Assembly: GCA_964594215.1 (NCBI GenBank)
Contig: CAZQLN010000005.1
Coordinates: forward strand, 2,475-66,474
Source of the DNA: an uncultured Bdellovibrionales bacterium
GTDB lineage: Bacteria > Patescibacteriota > Minisyncoccia > Moranbacterales > UBA1568
Direction: 5' to 3'
DNA: 64,000 bases
Shown here: piece by piece, positions 29,140-38,299 of the stretch
Layout of the letters: every line of letters starts with the position of its first letter
Numbering within the stretch: the stretch's first letter is position 1
Notes under the pieces: generated by a model
Seen by the model: the letters and a program-made list of their open reading frames with translations, nothing else
Database searches by the model: none
Told to the model about the DNA's origin: nothing
Made by a program: the position numbers and the translations under genes

Positions 29140-32100
29140 TTAGTATTCACTCTTAATAGCCTCCCAAAAAGCCATACTACTTTTCTCCCACGTGAAGTTT
29201 TCTGCCCACTCACGAGCATTATCCCCGAATCGCTTACGAAGATCATGATCCTTAATAACTGAGAGCATCGCCTCACTAAATCGAGCTACATCGCCATAGG
29301 GCACTAGATATCCAGCCTCTCCATCAAGCACTGAATCCCTGAGACCCGGAACATCTGATGCAATCACAGGTGTTCCACACATATTTGCCTCAATAACCAC
29401 TATGCCCCACCCCTCCATGAATGAAGGATTCACCAACATCCAAGAACTTTGTAGAAGTCTAACTTTTTCTTCATGAGATACCGCCCCCAGAAACTGCACC
29501 TGTTTATCATTAAAGCCAAGCTCTGCCGCTAAGCGTTTGAGATACTTCTTGTCATCACCATCACCAGCAATCACTAATATAGCCTCTGGTCGTGAGGATA
29601 GAACCTTATGAAAAGCCTGGATAAGAATGTTCACTGATTTGTAAGCTTTCAATCGACCAAGATAAAGAATCGTTGGATGAGTTGTCTTCTCTACAAATTC
29701 TCGAGTAAACTGAGTGGCATTAATACCCGGATGCACTATAGATATTCCCGCTTGTCCAAGATTTATATCCAACATTTCTTGTTTGCTCGATTCGGAGACA
29801 GTAATAAATTGTACATTTCTATACACTAATGGCATCAAGCCTTTTTCAAGAGTACTCGCCAACCAAGCAAGCGGTTTGGGTAAAGAATGATAGAAAACCT
29901 CTTGATGCACATGATGCATAAGACAGAAAAGTGGCTTACGCACATAGAGAGGTGTGAAGAATGGTATCCCATTCTCACAATCTATAACCACATCATACCT
30001 ATCTCTAAAACGAAGCATGTAGTAGAGAAAAGCCCAGAGATAAACAAGATAAAATCCTCCTCTACGGACAATGTTCACTCCGTCAATCGTCTCGAATCTC
30101 TCTTGTGTACCATCATTGCCGGAAAATACAGTCACATGATGACCTTCGACTACCCATGTTTTAGCAATTTCGTGAACGTACACTTCAGCTCCTCCAGCAA
30201 AACGATGGGTGGTATCCCGCCAATTAAAGATAAGTATTCTCTTGCCAGTAGTCACCAGGGGTTGGGCTTTTAGTAAGCCATTTGTGAACACTCCCAAAAA
30301 ATCCCGTAAACCTCGCCCCAAAAATCCTATTCGTATACCAAAGAAATGCATTGCTGAAAAGATAACTAGGCCAGCCAAACTAGTACCAAAAATAATATCA
30401 ATGATGTCTCTGAATTCATCGTGATCAAACCATATGCTTGTAATCACAACCAAAGAAAGTCCTAGAGAAACAAACGAAAATGAATACTCTCTTTTTGCCA
30501 AATGGTAAGTTACGAGAACACTCGAAAGTGTGAACAGGGCGATACTAAGAGTATAGAGAGGTAACCAACCTACTATCTCTCTTGCCTTCTCTCCAAAAAG
30601 AATTGGGGCTGTAACAAAACCGAAAACACCTAGAATAAGGACCCCTAAAGTAACTAAAATAAGAACGCTAGAGAAAATGGTGGATAAAATCTTCTCAGAA
30701 CCCTGTTTCAAACCATCTTTGAAGCTCACTAGAGTTACCATGAAAACCATCGGCAAAGCTCCAAGAAAATAAATCATCTTACCCGCCAATGAAAGTAAGG
30801 CGTACTGACCAGACTGAGTTTCATTGAAAAAGTGCTTCACCAGAAGAACATCTACACTAAGGAATAGAATAGTCGAAAGACTTACCGCCATTGATGAAAA
30901 GAGAAATGCAAACGGAAAAGAGACTATCTCTTCTGTGTGAACCTTGTCTTGGCTTACTTCAGGAGATATCTTCTTATACATTAACCAGACAACTACACTC
31001 CCTACACAAGCGGCTGTCATCAAAGAGAGCGGGATAGACAAATATACCCATTCAGGATGACTCGAATAGACAAAAAGAATGGCTAACAACAGCTTAGTCA
31101 CAGCCTCTGCTAACATCACTACTGCTGCCCAAAAGAACCGAAGACTCCCCTTGAGAAAACCCTGAAAAGCATAGGAGAGAAAACCAAAGATGATCACTGG
31201 TGTAAAAAATAGCAGCACCGCCATATCTTGCACCTTGAAGAAAGACATCAGGAAGGGAGCTGTAACTATCCAAATGAATGAAACTAGCGAAACTGTATAA
31301 AGTGCATACCGTAAACCCCTTTTGAAGAAAGTCCACATTGCCTCTCTCCCCTTCTGAGCAAGAAGATACGATACTCGATGATTTGTTGTTGAAGCGAAAC
31401 TGTTTACAAAAATAGTTGTTATAAACCAAAGTGTATTTACAAAAATCACCAAATTTAGCTCAGAAAATGAAAGAACTCTACCAAGAAAAGCATTGAAAAT
31501 AAAATTCAAAAAATTACCGACAACCATAGCTCCGACCAAAAACCCTTTATTAGAAAAAATAAAGTGGAGATGCTGCTTTGGTATAAAGTTTGGAGCATAG
31601 CTTATAAGAGCCTGCCTAGCGTGCACCCAACGCTGTTTCGAACTCCAGTATTTCTCCTTATCTTTAGTTTTCTCCTTGACAATATGTAGCCCGTGATTCG
31701 TTTTCTCCCAATAATGTGGCTTTACAAAAAGCTGGTATGCCGCAATAGCTGCTGCAATACTGACCATCAGCCAATACAATGGAACCACGAAAACATACTT
31801 GATAAGCCAAAAATGTCCTCTCCTCGCACAACCAATCATGTAGTAATAAAGGTACAAAAAGTTCCCAAAGATTAGCGAAACAACTGCCATGTAAAATATG
31901 ACCTGGGGGAAAAGAGCATGAATAGCATCCCCTATAAAAGCATAAAAAACAAAGTAGGAAATCGTTGTGATCCAAAGCAATGGATTAATAACCATAAAGG
32001 CAATCTTACCTCCAACCACAAGCTGAAAGACTAATGCATGCAAACCATTTTCACGGGCAAACAGAAATGGATTGCGCATGTGTACTAGATACGTTTGCAT

Positions 32101-33843
32101 ATATCCCTTGATCCAGCGAGAGCGCTGCCGTAACCAATTTTTCCAATCACTATTCGCCTCCTCAAGTGTTACTGAATCAATCACAGCGGTTCGGTATCCT
32201 CTTTTAAAAAGACGTACTCCAAGATCACAGTCCTCTGTTACGTTAAACGGATCCCATCCCTGCAGTTCCAAGAGCTTCTTAGTCCGAAAATGATTACTTG
32301 TTCCACCGAGTGGAATGGAAGTGTTAATCGTCTGAAGACCTGTCAAAATAACATCGAACCATAATGAGTACTCTGCCGTAAAAAGACGAGTCAGCATGTT
32401 CTGATGAGGATTGAAATAATTTAGTTTAGCTTGGAGACACTGGACTTCTGGACCACTTTTTTGAAATGCCAGAAAGGCTTTTTTTAGTTGAAATGGATCT
32501 GGAATATCTTCAGCATCATAAATCACTGTATATTCACCTCGTGAGACCGATAAACCATAGTTACAAGCTTTTGGTTTAGTCTTAGGCATGGAATGAGGCA
32601 CTACTACAATACGCACATACGAAGGTAGTCCCATTTCTTGGGCAGCGATGACTGTTTCTTGATCATTTTCCTCTAAAAGCAAAAGGACATCGAGTTTAGC
32701 CTTAGGCCAATCGAGCTTCTCAATGGCGTCCATAAAATGAGGTAGCATATGAGCCTCCTTATAGAGTGGACAAAGGATTGAGTATAGTGGTAAATCTTTC
32801 TCATTCAAAGCTGCTAACTCTTCTTCTGTACTACATAACTCTGGTGGCGTTTTCAAACTTTGCAATACTAGTCCAAGATTGAAAAATACGTCTATAAAAT
32901 AGAGGGTTGTGATAAAAGCAAAAAAGGCTATCCCCGTGTGGAGTGGTGTTATGATAAGACCAAGAATAAACAGTCCCACTAGACTCAAGAGAAAAACTTT
33001 CTGCCATGGAATGAAGGTCTCAAGAGCAGAAATATCATGATGGAGAGTGGTGTGAGTAACAAAACGTGTCCGATTATGTGCAATACCTGCACCATGCATT
33101 GAATCTTTGGACTCTGGATGAATGAGTAGTGGTGGCCGACCCTGATATTTCAGTTTAAGAGCGCTCCAACCTATCTCAAAAATAGCTTTCAGCGGACTTA
33201 ATTTTGATGATCCAGCTAATCTCTCAGAAAAATTTATATCTACCGTACTAATCACATACCCGTAATTCCTCGCTGAGAGCAAGAACTCCATATCAAATGT
33301 CCAGGGTGTTGGATCGAGAATCACTTCACGTAGAATCTTCTTACGAAATACTTTAAGTCCAGATTGACTATCACAATCAAGATCGTGTAAGAGTCGAGCA
33401 AAAACGAAGCTGAATGACTTACTAAGGAGTGCCCGAATAAACTGAGTATCATGCGTTACCCTGTTAGCAACGACGATATCAGATCCCGCAAACAACTTCT
33501 CTACCATCTCTGGGATAGCTTCCGGTGGATACTGAAGATCTCCATCAATCATCACTATGGATTCATAAACTGCATATGAGAACCCCTCAATTAGTGATTG
33601 GGCTTTACCAGAGTGACCCTTCTTAGAAAAAAAGTGTACCTTGAAATAATCCTTATACTTGAGAGCTGCTTCCTGAATAACCTTTCGAGTATTATCAATG
33701 GAGTGATCATCTATAAAAATAACCTCTCCTTCGTAAGAGGCTTTTACAAAAATTTCCTGAACTCTTTCCAAAAGAGCCAGTATATTCCCCTCTTCATTGA
33801 GGACTGGGACAACAATAGATACTTGCTTCGCTCTCATAACCAA
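29140..33843 (-). CDS. 1567-aa multidomain polysaccharide synthase: GT2 (DPM1-like), transmembrane region, processive GT2 (QxxRW), MOP/Wzx-like polytopic domain, GT4
   Basis: N-terminal IVVPVLNEEGNI...IDDHSIDNT. Second GT2 with YDAEDIPDP and QRSRW motifs. About 450-aa region with at least 12 transmembrane helices resembling Wzx/polysaccharide-biosynthesis flippases. C-terminal GT4 with EGWGIVVIEANMCGTPVIASDVPGLRDSV (E-x7-E). Confidence 0.8.
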   Translation of the reverse strand: MVMRAKQVSIVVPVLNEEGNILALLERVQEIFVKASYEGEVIFIDDHSIDNTRKVIQEAALKYKDYFKVHFFSKKGHSGKAQSLIEGFSYAVYESIVMIDGDLQYPPEAIPEMVEKLFAGSDIVVANRVTHDTQFIRALLSKSFSFVFARLLHDLDCDSQSGLKVFRKKILREVILDPTPWTFDMEFLLSARNYGYVISTVDINFSERLAGSSKLSPLKAIFEIGWSALKLKYQGRPPLLIHPESKDSMHGAGIAHNRTRFVTHTTLHHDISALETFIPWQKVFLLSLVGLFILGLIITPLHTGIAFFAFITTLYFIDVFFNLGLVLQSLKTPPELCSTEEELAALNEKDLPLYSILCPLYKEAHMLPHFMDAIEKLDWPKAKLDVLLLLEENDQETVIAAQEMGLPSYVRIVVVPHSMPKTKPKACNYGLSVSRGEYTVIYDAEDIPDPFQLKKAFLAFQKSGPEVQCLQAKLNYFNPHQNMLTRLFTAEYSLWFDVILTGLQTINTSIPLGGTSNHFRTKKLLELQGWDPFNVTEDCDLGVRLFKRGYRTAVIDSVTLEEANSDWKNWLRQRSRWIKGYMQTYLVHMRNPFLFARENGLHALVFQLVVGGKIAFMVINPLLWITTISYFVFYAFIGDAIHALFPQVIFYMAVVSLIFGNFLYLYYYMIGCARRGHFWLIKYVFVVPLYWLMVSIAAAIAAYQLFVKPHYWEKTNHGLHIVKEKTKDKEKYWSSKQRWVHARQALISYAPNFIPKQHLHFIFSNKGFLVGAMVVGNFLNFIFNAFLGRVLSFSELNLVIFVNTLWFITTIFVNSFASTTNHRVSYLLAQKGREAMWTFFKRGLRYALYTVSLVSFIWIVTAPFLMSFFKVQDMAVLLFFTPVIIFGFLSYAFQGFLKGSLRFFWAAVVMLAEAVTKLLLAILFVYSSHPEWVYLSIPLSLMTAACVGSVVVWLMYKKISPEVSQDKVHTEEIVSFPFAFLFSSMAVSLSTILFLSVDVLLVKHFFNETQSGQYALLSLAGKMIYFLGALPMVFMVTLVSFKDGLKQGSEKILSTIFSSVLILVTLGVLILGVFGFVTAPILFGEKAREIVGWLPLYTLSIALFTLSSVLVTYHLAKREYSFSFVSLGLSLVVITSIWFDHDEFRDIIDIIFGTSLAGLVIFSAMHFFGIRIGFLGRGLRDFLGVFTNGLLKAQPLVTTGKRILIFNWRDTTHRFAGGAEVYVHEIAKTWVVEGHHVTVFSGNDGTQERFETIDGVNIVRRGGFYLVYLWAFLYYMLRFRDRYDVVIDCENGIPFFTPLYVRKPLFCLMHHVHQEVFYHSLPKPLAWLASTLEKGLMPLVYRNVQFITVSESSKQEMLDINLGQAGISIVHPGINATQFTREFVEKTTHPTILYLGRLKAYKSVNILIQAFHKVLSSRPEAILVIAGDGDDKKYLKRLAAELGFNDKQVQFLGAVSHEEKVRLLQSSWMLVNPSFMEGWGIVVIEANMCGTPVIASDVPGLRDSVLDGEAGYLVPYGDVARFSEAMLSVIKDHDLRKRFGDNAREWAENFTWEKSSMAFWEAIKSEY

Positions 33844-33985
33844 GTGGCTTGTATTTTACCTAACTAAATTAAATCCCTTAGATAAGGGAAAATCCAATAA
33901 AAAACCGTCTATTTTATTCGAAAAGATGACTGCTTAGTATACCGTTAATACGTTTCTTTGTCAATCTTGATAGTGACTTCTTATA

Positions 33986-34014
33986 TTGACTATTAAGCCT
34001 TTTCTCTGTATGAT
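33986..34014 (+). promoter_or_regulatory. sigma70-like promoter for the PBP gene (TTGACT-17-TATGAT)
   Basis: TTGACT at 33986-33991, a 17-nt spacer, TATGAT at 34009-34014, 24 nt upstream of the ATG at 34038. Confidence 0.5.
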
Positions 34015-34037
34015 GAGATATTTCATAGATACTTCTT

Positions 34038-36155
34038 ATGCGGTTTAAAACTCTTCTTCTTTCTATCCTTTTCCTCATTCCTCTTGTTTTGGGAGTGCTC
34101 TTCGTTGGCTTTTTCCTCTTCTATGTTCCTTCTGTTAATGACTTCACCGATGTCGTCCGCGGTGAGACCTCAGTACTCTATGATCGTACCGGTGAACATG
34201 TACTCTATCAGATTCATGGCGAAGAAAACCGTAAACCCCTTAAACATGATGATATCCCCAATGCTATTCGCCTCTCTACTATCGCCATCGAAGATGAGAA
34301 CTTTTACAACCACCATGGTGTTGATCCGCGAGCCATCTTTCGAGCCCTGCGAGTCAATATAGAAGAAGGTGGTTTCGAACAAGGTGCCTCTACTATCACT
34401 CAACAATTAGCTCGTAGCGTCGTTTTGAGTCGAGAAAAAACTATAGAACGCAAAGTGATAGAAGCTCTCCTGGCTCTCAAGCTTGATTTTTTCTTAAGCA
34501 AAGAGGATATCCTTGATCGCTACCTCAACCAAGTTCCTTACGGATCCAATGCCTATGGCGTAGAAGCGGCTTCAGAAACCTTTTTCGACAAGCCGGCTCG
34601 TGATCTTACTTTGGGTGAGTCCACTCTCTTAGCAGCTCTTCCTAATGCTCCGACACTCTATTCTCCTTATGGCAATAATCAAAACGCGCTCGTGAAACGC
34701 CAACAGCTCATCATCGAAAAACTTCTTACCAATGGTTGGATTACCAAAGACGAAGCTCGAGCGGCTATTAATGAAAATGCTCTCCAAAAAATAGTTCCTC
34801 TTAAAAGAGCTATCACTGCTCCTCATTTTGTATTTGCAGTACTTGAAGAACTAGAACAAGAATATGGTCGCGATACTCTCGAACAGGAAGGTTTGCATAT
34901 CTATACCACGCTTGATCTAGAGGCTCAACAAAAGGCTGAAGCTGCGGTCCAAAAGGGAGCTACTCGCAACCTCGCCTGGAATGCTAGCAATGCTGCCCTA
35001 GTAGCACTTGATGCGGAAAAGGGTGAGATTTTAGCTATGGTAGGCTCCAAAGACTACTTCAGCAAGGACATCGATGGCAAGGTTAATGTCGCCATGTCAC
35101 CGAGACAACCAGGTTCTTCTTTCAAGCCACTCGTCTATGCCACCGCCTTTGAAAAGGGCTACCAGCCCGAAACCATGCTCTTCGATCTCCCCATGAGCTT
35201 CGGTCCTGATGGTCAGGGCAAGGAATATGAGCCTCAGAACTACGATGGTAAAACCCATGGTCTCATCTCTATGCGCCAGGCTCTCTCAAACTCTCTCAAT
35301 ATTCCAGCTGTTCAGACCCAATACCTAGCTGGTGTTGATAATACCCTAAACCAGGTCACTCGCATGGGTCTTACTTCTCTGGGTGACAAGAATCGCTATG
35401 GTCTTTCCCTTGTCCTTGGAAGTGGTGAAGCAAGCCTTTATCAAATGGCCAATGCTTACAGTGTTTTTAGTCAGGAAGGCCTCTATCAAAAAGCCTCTGG
35501 GGTGCTCCGTGTTGAAGACCGTGACCATAAGGTCGTCCAGGAGCATACTATCCGTCCAGAGCGTGTTTTAAGCACAGAAACAGCTCGTAAGATTAGCTCT
35601 ATCCTCTCTGATAACAAGGCACGTTCTATGGTTTTTGGTAGCAACACTCCCCTCGCCTTCAAGGATGGCAGTGTCGCTGCTAAAACGGGCACTACTCAGG
35701 AGTTTCATGATGCCTGGACGCTCGGCTTTACCCGTCGCGTCGCAGTAGGTGTCTGGGTAGGCAATAATGATAATACCGCTATGAAAAGTGGTGCTGATGG
35801 CGTCTTCGTGGCTGCCCCTATTTGGCGAGACTACATGGATTACCTCCTCACCCGCTTTCCAGCTACTAGTTTTACAGAATACCAAAAAGTCGAAAGTGAT
35901 AAACCCCTTCTTACGGGTAACACCCTCTTTAAGACAGAAATCTTTGAATCAGCTCCCCAAAACAGCAAAGAGCGAAGAGCTCGTAAAAAAGAACTTCGCC
36001 GTGCAGCTCAAGAGCTACATAGTATTTTGTATTACGTAAACCGTGATGATCCGTTGGGTCCAACCGAGCCCGACAGGAGCGACCCTATGCTTGCTCGTTT
36101 TGAAGCCGCTCTTGGTCAGAACCAAGATAACCTCTTCAATCAACCAAAAAACTAG
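34038..36155 (+). CDS. class A penicillin-binding protein (bifunctional GT51 transglycosylase/transpeptidase, PBP1A-type)
   Basis: GT51 motifs EDENFYNHHGVDP, GASTITQQ. Transpeptidase SSFKP (SxxK), SNS, KTGT. N-terminal transmembrane anchor. Confidence 0.9.
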   Translation: MRFKTLLLSILFLIPLVLGVLFVGFFLFYVPSVNDFTDVVRGETSVLYDRTGEHVLYQIHGEENRKPLKHDDIPNAIRLSTIAIEDENFYNHHGVDPRAIFRALRVNIEEGGFEQGASTITQQLARSVVLSREKTIERKVIEALLALKLDFFLSKEDILDRYLNQVPYGSNAYGVEAASETFFDKPARDLTLGESTLLAALPNAPTLYSPYGNNQNALVKRQQLIIEKLLTNGWITKDEARAAINENALQKIVPLKRAITAPHFVFAVLEELEQEYGRDTLEQEGLHIYTTLDLEAQQKAEAAVQKGATRNLAWNASNAALVALDAEKGEILAMVGSKDYFSKDIDGKVNVAMSPRQPGSSFKPLVYATAFEKGYQPETMLFDLPMSFGPDGQGKEYEPQNYDGKTHGLISMRQALSNSLNIPAVQTQYLAGVDNTLNQVTRMGLTSLGDKNRYGLSLVLGSGEASLYQMANAYSVFSQEGLYQKASGVLRVEDRDHKVVQEHTIRPERVLSTETARKISSILSDNKARSMVFGSNTPLAFKDGSVAAKTGTTQEFHDAWTLGFTRRVAVGVWVGNNDNTAMKSGADGVFVAAPIWRDYMDYLLTRFPATSFTEYQKVESDKPLLTGNTLFKTEIFESAPQNSKERRARKKELRRAAQELHSILYYVNRDDPLGPTEPDRSDPMLARFEAALGQNQDNLFNQPKN

Positions 36156-36682
36156 TTGGTATCTACTTGATCTTCTTTCGCTAGCTTAAGAGAGTTCTGA
36201 TAAAGACCTTTGATTTCAAAAATGAGGAAAAGGATGAGGCCAATTTTTAGGAGTGTCAGTGGAAACCAAACCTGCTCCCGGCAAGTATCAAACACTAGCC
36301 ACTCAAGGAGGAAGAAGGCTGTAATCAAAGCTTCAAAACGCCAATAACGGATACTTCTGTACAGACGATACTGCTCTCTTAGGTTAAAAACCATGAGCAA
36401 AACGTAGATAAAAATAAGCAATACCCAAACATCTTTAGGGAGCGCTTTGCAGAGAGATATCTCATGCACCACATCACCAGTAGCGACTACCATAACCGCT
36501 CTCCCATCGATAGAGCCAGATTTTGGTTGCTCAGAAAGGGTGGGCACTGAAGTTACTTCTCGGGTAGGATCTGCTATTGGTGAAGCATTTAAAAGTGGTA
36601 CTAACTCAAGAAAAAGCAGAGCTCCCAAGGGAATCAGAAAGGTAGCTATTGTTTTGCGTGAAAAAGTGGTTGTTATCATCAT
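36152..36682 (-). CDS. hypothetical membrane protein (last gene of the sortase operon)
   Basis: Signal/transmembrane N-terminus plus 3 C-terminal transmembrane helices. No recognisable domain. Confidence 0.4.
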   Translation of the reverse strand: MMITTTFSRKTIATFLIPLGALLFLELVPLLNASPIADPTREVTSVPTLSEQPKSGSIDGRAVMVVATGDVVHEISLCKALPKDVWVLLIFIYVLLMVFNLREQYRLYRSIRYWRFEALITAFFLLEWLVFDTCREQVWFPLTLLKIGLILFLIFEIKGLYQNSLKLAKEDQVDTN

Positions 36683-37356
36683 AGTGTTTCTGGTGAAGTA
36701 ACCTGATCAGCGATAACTAGGAGTCTCTTATACGTGGTACCCGCTGGCCAACAAGTCATAAGGGTAAGGGTTTTTTCTTTGACCTTCTTATTGATATACT
36801 CTACCTCACTCTGGTCCACAATCTTTGTCTCTCGAACCGTGTAGAGGTATTTCTGACCCTTATAGAAGATGTCTATCTCATCTCCCGCTTCGAGCTTACC
36901 TAAAAGATAGAACTCGGCATTGTAGCGAACCGCCTCATAGAAGTCAACTCCTGAGTGAGAAAAGAGAAACATGTTACCAACCATGTTAGGCGTGCTCGTT
37001 CCTTTGGCATGAGCCACACCCGTCTGAAGAGCCTTCTGGTAGAGAGGTTCATTCTGCCAGTCTATATCAGCATGGATTAAGCTGTTGGCTCGAATCTTAG
37101 GGATAACAATCCCAAACTCCTTATCTTTCGGTATCAATACCTCTTCAGCTGATATACCCTGGTTTTGTGACAAAGCCTCAGCTTGTGTTTGTACTTTTGG
37201 TAGACCACTACGCTCGGTGTAATAGCCAATTTCTTGTACCAAAAGAGGAAAGAAGGTAGCGATAATGATGAGTAGACCTACCGCTACCAAACTCCCTCCG
37301 AGGAAAGTACGCCAATCCTTAATCATTCTTTGTAAGAATGCTCTTTGGTCGTACAT
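36679..37356 (-). CDS. sortase (transpeptidase, TLxTC active site)
   Basis: N-terminal transmembrane anchor. Catalytic TLTLMTCWP (TLxTC Cys) and upstream His (FLFSHSGV). Immediately downstream of the LPATG substrate gene. Confidence 0.8.
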   Translation of the reverse strand: MYDQRAFLQRMIKDWRTFLGGSLVAVGLLIIIATFFPLLVQEIGYYTERSGLPKVQTQAEALSQNQGISAEEVLIPKDKEFGIVIPKIRANSLIHADIDWQNEPLYQKALQTGVAHAKGTSTPNMVGNMFLFSHSGVDFYEAVRYNAEFYLLGKLEAGDEIDIFYKGQKYLYTVRETKIVDQSEVEYINKKVKEKTLTLMTCWPAGTTYKRLLVIADQVTSPETL

Positions 37357-38299
37357 AGAAGAAATAATAGAGAATACCGCCGATAATCAGAAGGATGAGG
37401 AATATTGAACCCTTATTGTTTTGGGCCCAGTTGGAAATGCCTGCCTGATCTTGAGATTCATCTTTGGTCATTTCACCAAGAACTCCTTGATCTCCAGCTC
37501 CTTCAGTAGTCGCACCTTCAACAGTACCGCCCTGACCTTCTCCAGTACCTCCACCAGCTACTGGAATAGCTCCGCTTCCACCGCCATTACCTGACTGTCC
37601 ACTTACAGTAGTTGTTTTAGTCTTAGTCTTATGGATGGTATCAGTATTTACTGCTCGATCAGCGACAAAACCGGAAGCATTCCCATTGGCATCAAGAGCT
37701 CGAAGAGCGTACCAATAATCTTCATTACAGTCTGGCGGTGTGGTACTAATATAGCCATTCTGATTTGGTCCTATATCAAGAGTGGTGATAGGTGTATCAG
37801 CTACGAAGTCCTTGGCTGTTGAACGATAAAGTTCTACCTTTACTGTTTGACCGTCATTGGCGGTAGTAAACGTAATCTTATCATCACAAGTAGCCTCATC
37901 ACGATCGTAATTATACGGTGTACCTGGGAAAGTTCCATCAAAAGCTACATTGACGGTTTCGCTCTGGATAGGTAAATCCCCTTCTGCTTCAGCTGTCACA
38001 TAGAAAGAGTAATTACCGTCAGTTGGCATAACACCTGAGTTCACCTGACAATCTCCTGAGCTTCCTCCATCAATAAGCGGGATTGTCTGGAAAAGTCCGC
38101 CGGTTGTTTCGTAGCAACGAACAGTCACTGCTCGTCCTTCAGTATCAAGAGCTACAAAGCCGATCTTGAAGTTCGGAGTAGTAACAAATGCATCTGGCTT
38201 TTCTATTTCCAGCGCTAATCCTGGACCAGCCGCCATTACCTGATGACTACCAAGAAAAGTAGCTCCCGCTAATAACGCTCCAAGAAAAAGCATTTTCAT
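37319..38299 (-). CDS. possible separate secreted protein (signal peptide MKMLFLGALLAGATFLGS, Ig-like region, Gly-rich linker, C-terminal transmembrane anchor) in frame behind the LPXTG signal
   Basis: ATG-AAA-ATG at 38299. Signal-peptide-like N-terminus directly after the sorting-signal tail. C-terminal transmembrane GSIFLILLIIGGILYYFFYV. A GGAG lies about 16 nt upstream. Confidence 0.4.
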   Translation of the reverse strand: MKMLFLGALLAGATFLGSHQVMAAGPGLALEIEKPDAFVTTPNFKIGFVALDTEGRAVTVRCYETTGGLFQTIPLIDGGSSGDCQVNSGVMPTDGNYSFYVTAEAEGDLPIQSETVNVAFDGTFPGTPYNYDRDEATCDDKITFTTANDGQTVKVELYRSTAKDFVADTPITTLDIGPNQNGYISTTPPDCNEDYWYALRALDANGNASGFVADRAVNTDTIHKTKTKTTTVSGQSGNGGGSGAIPVAGGGTGEGQGGTVEGATTEGAGDQGVLGEMTKDESQDQAGISNWAQNNKGSIFLILLIIGGILYYFFYVRPKSILTKND

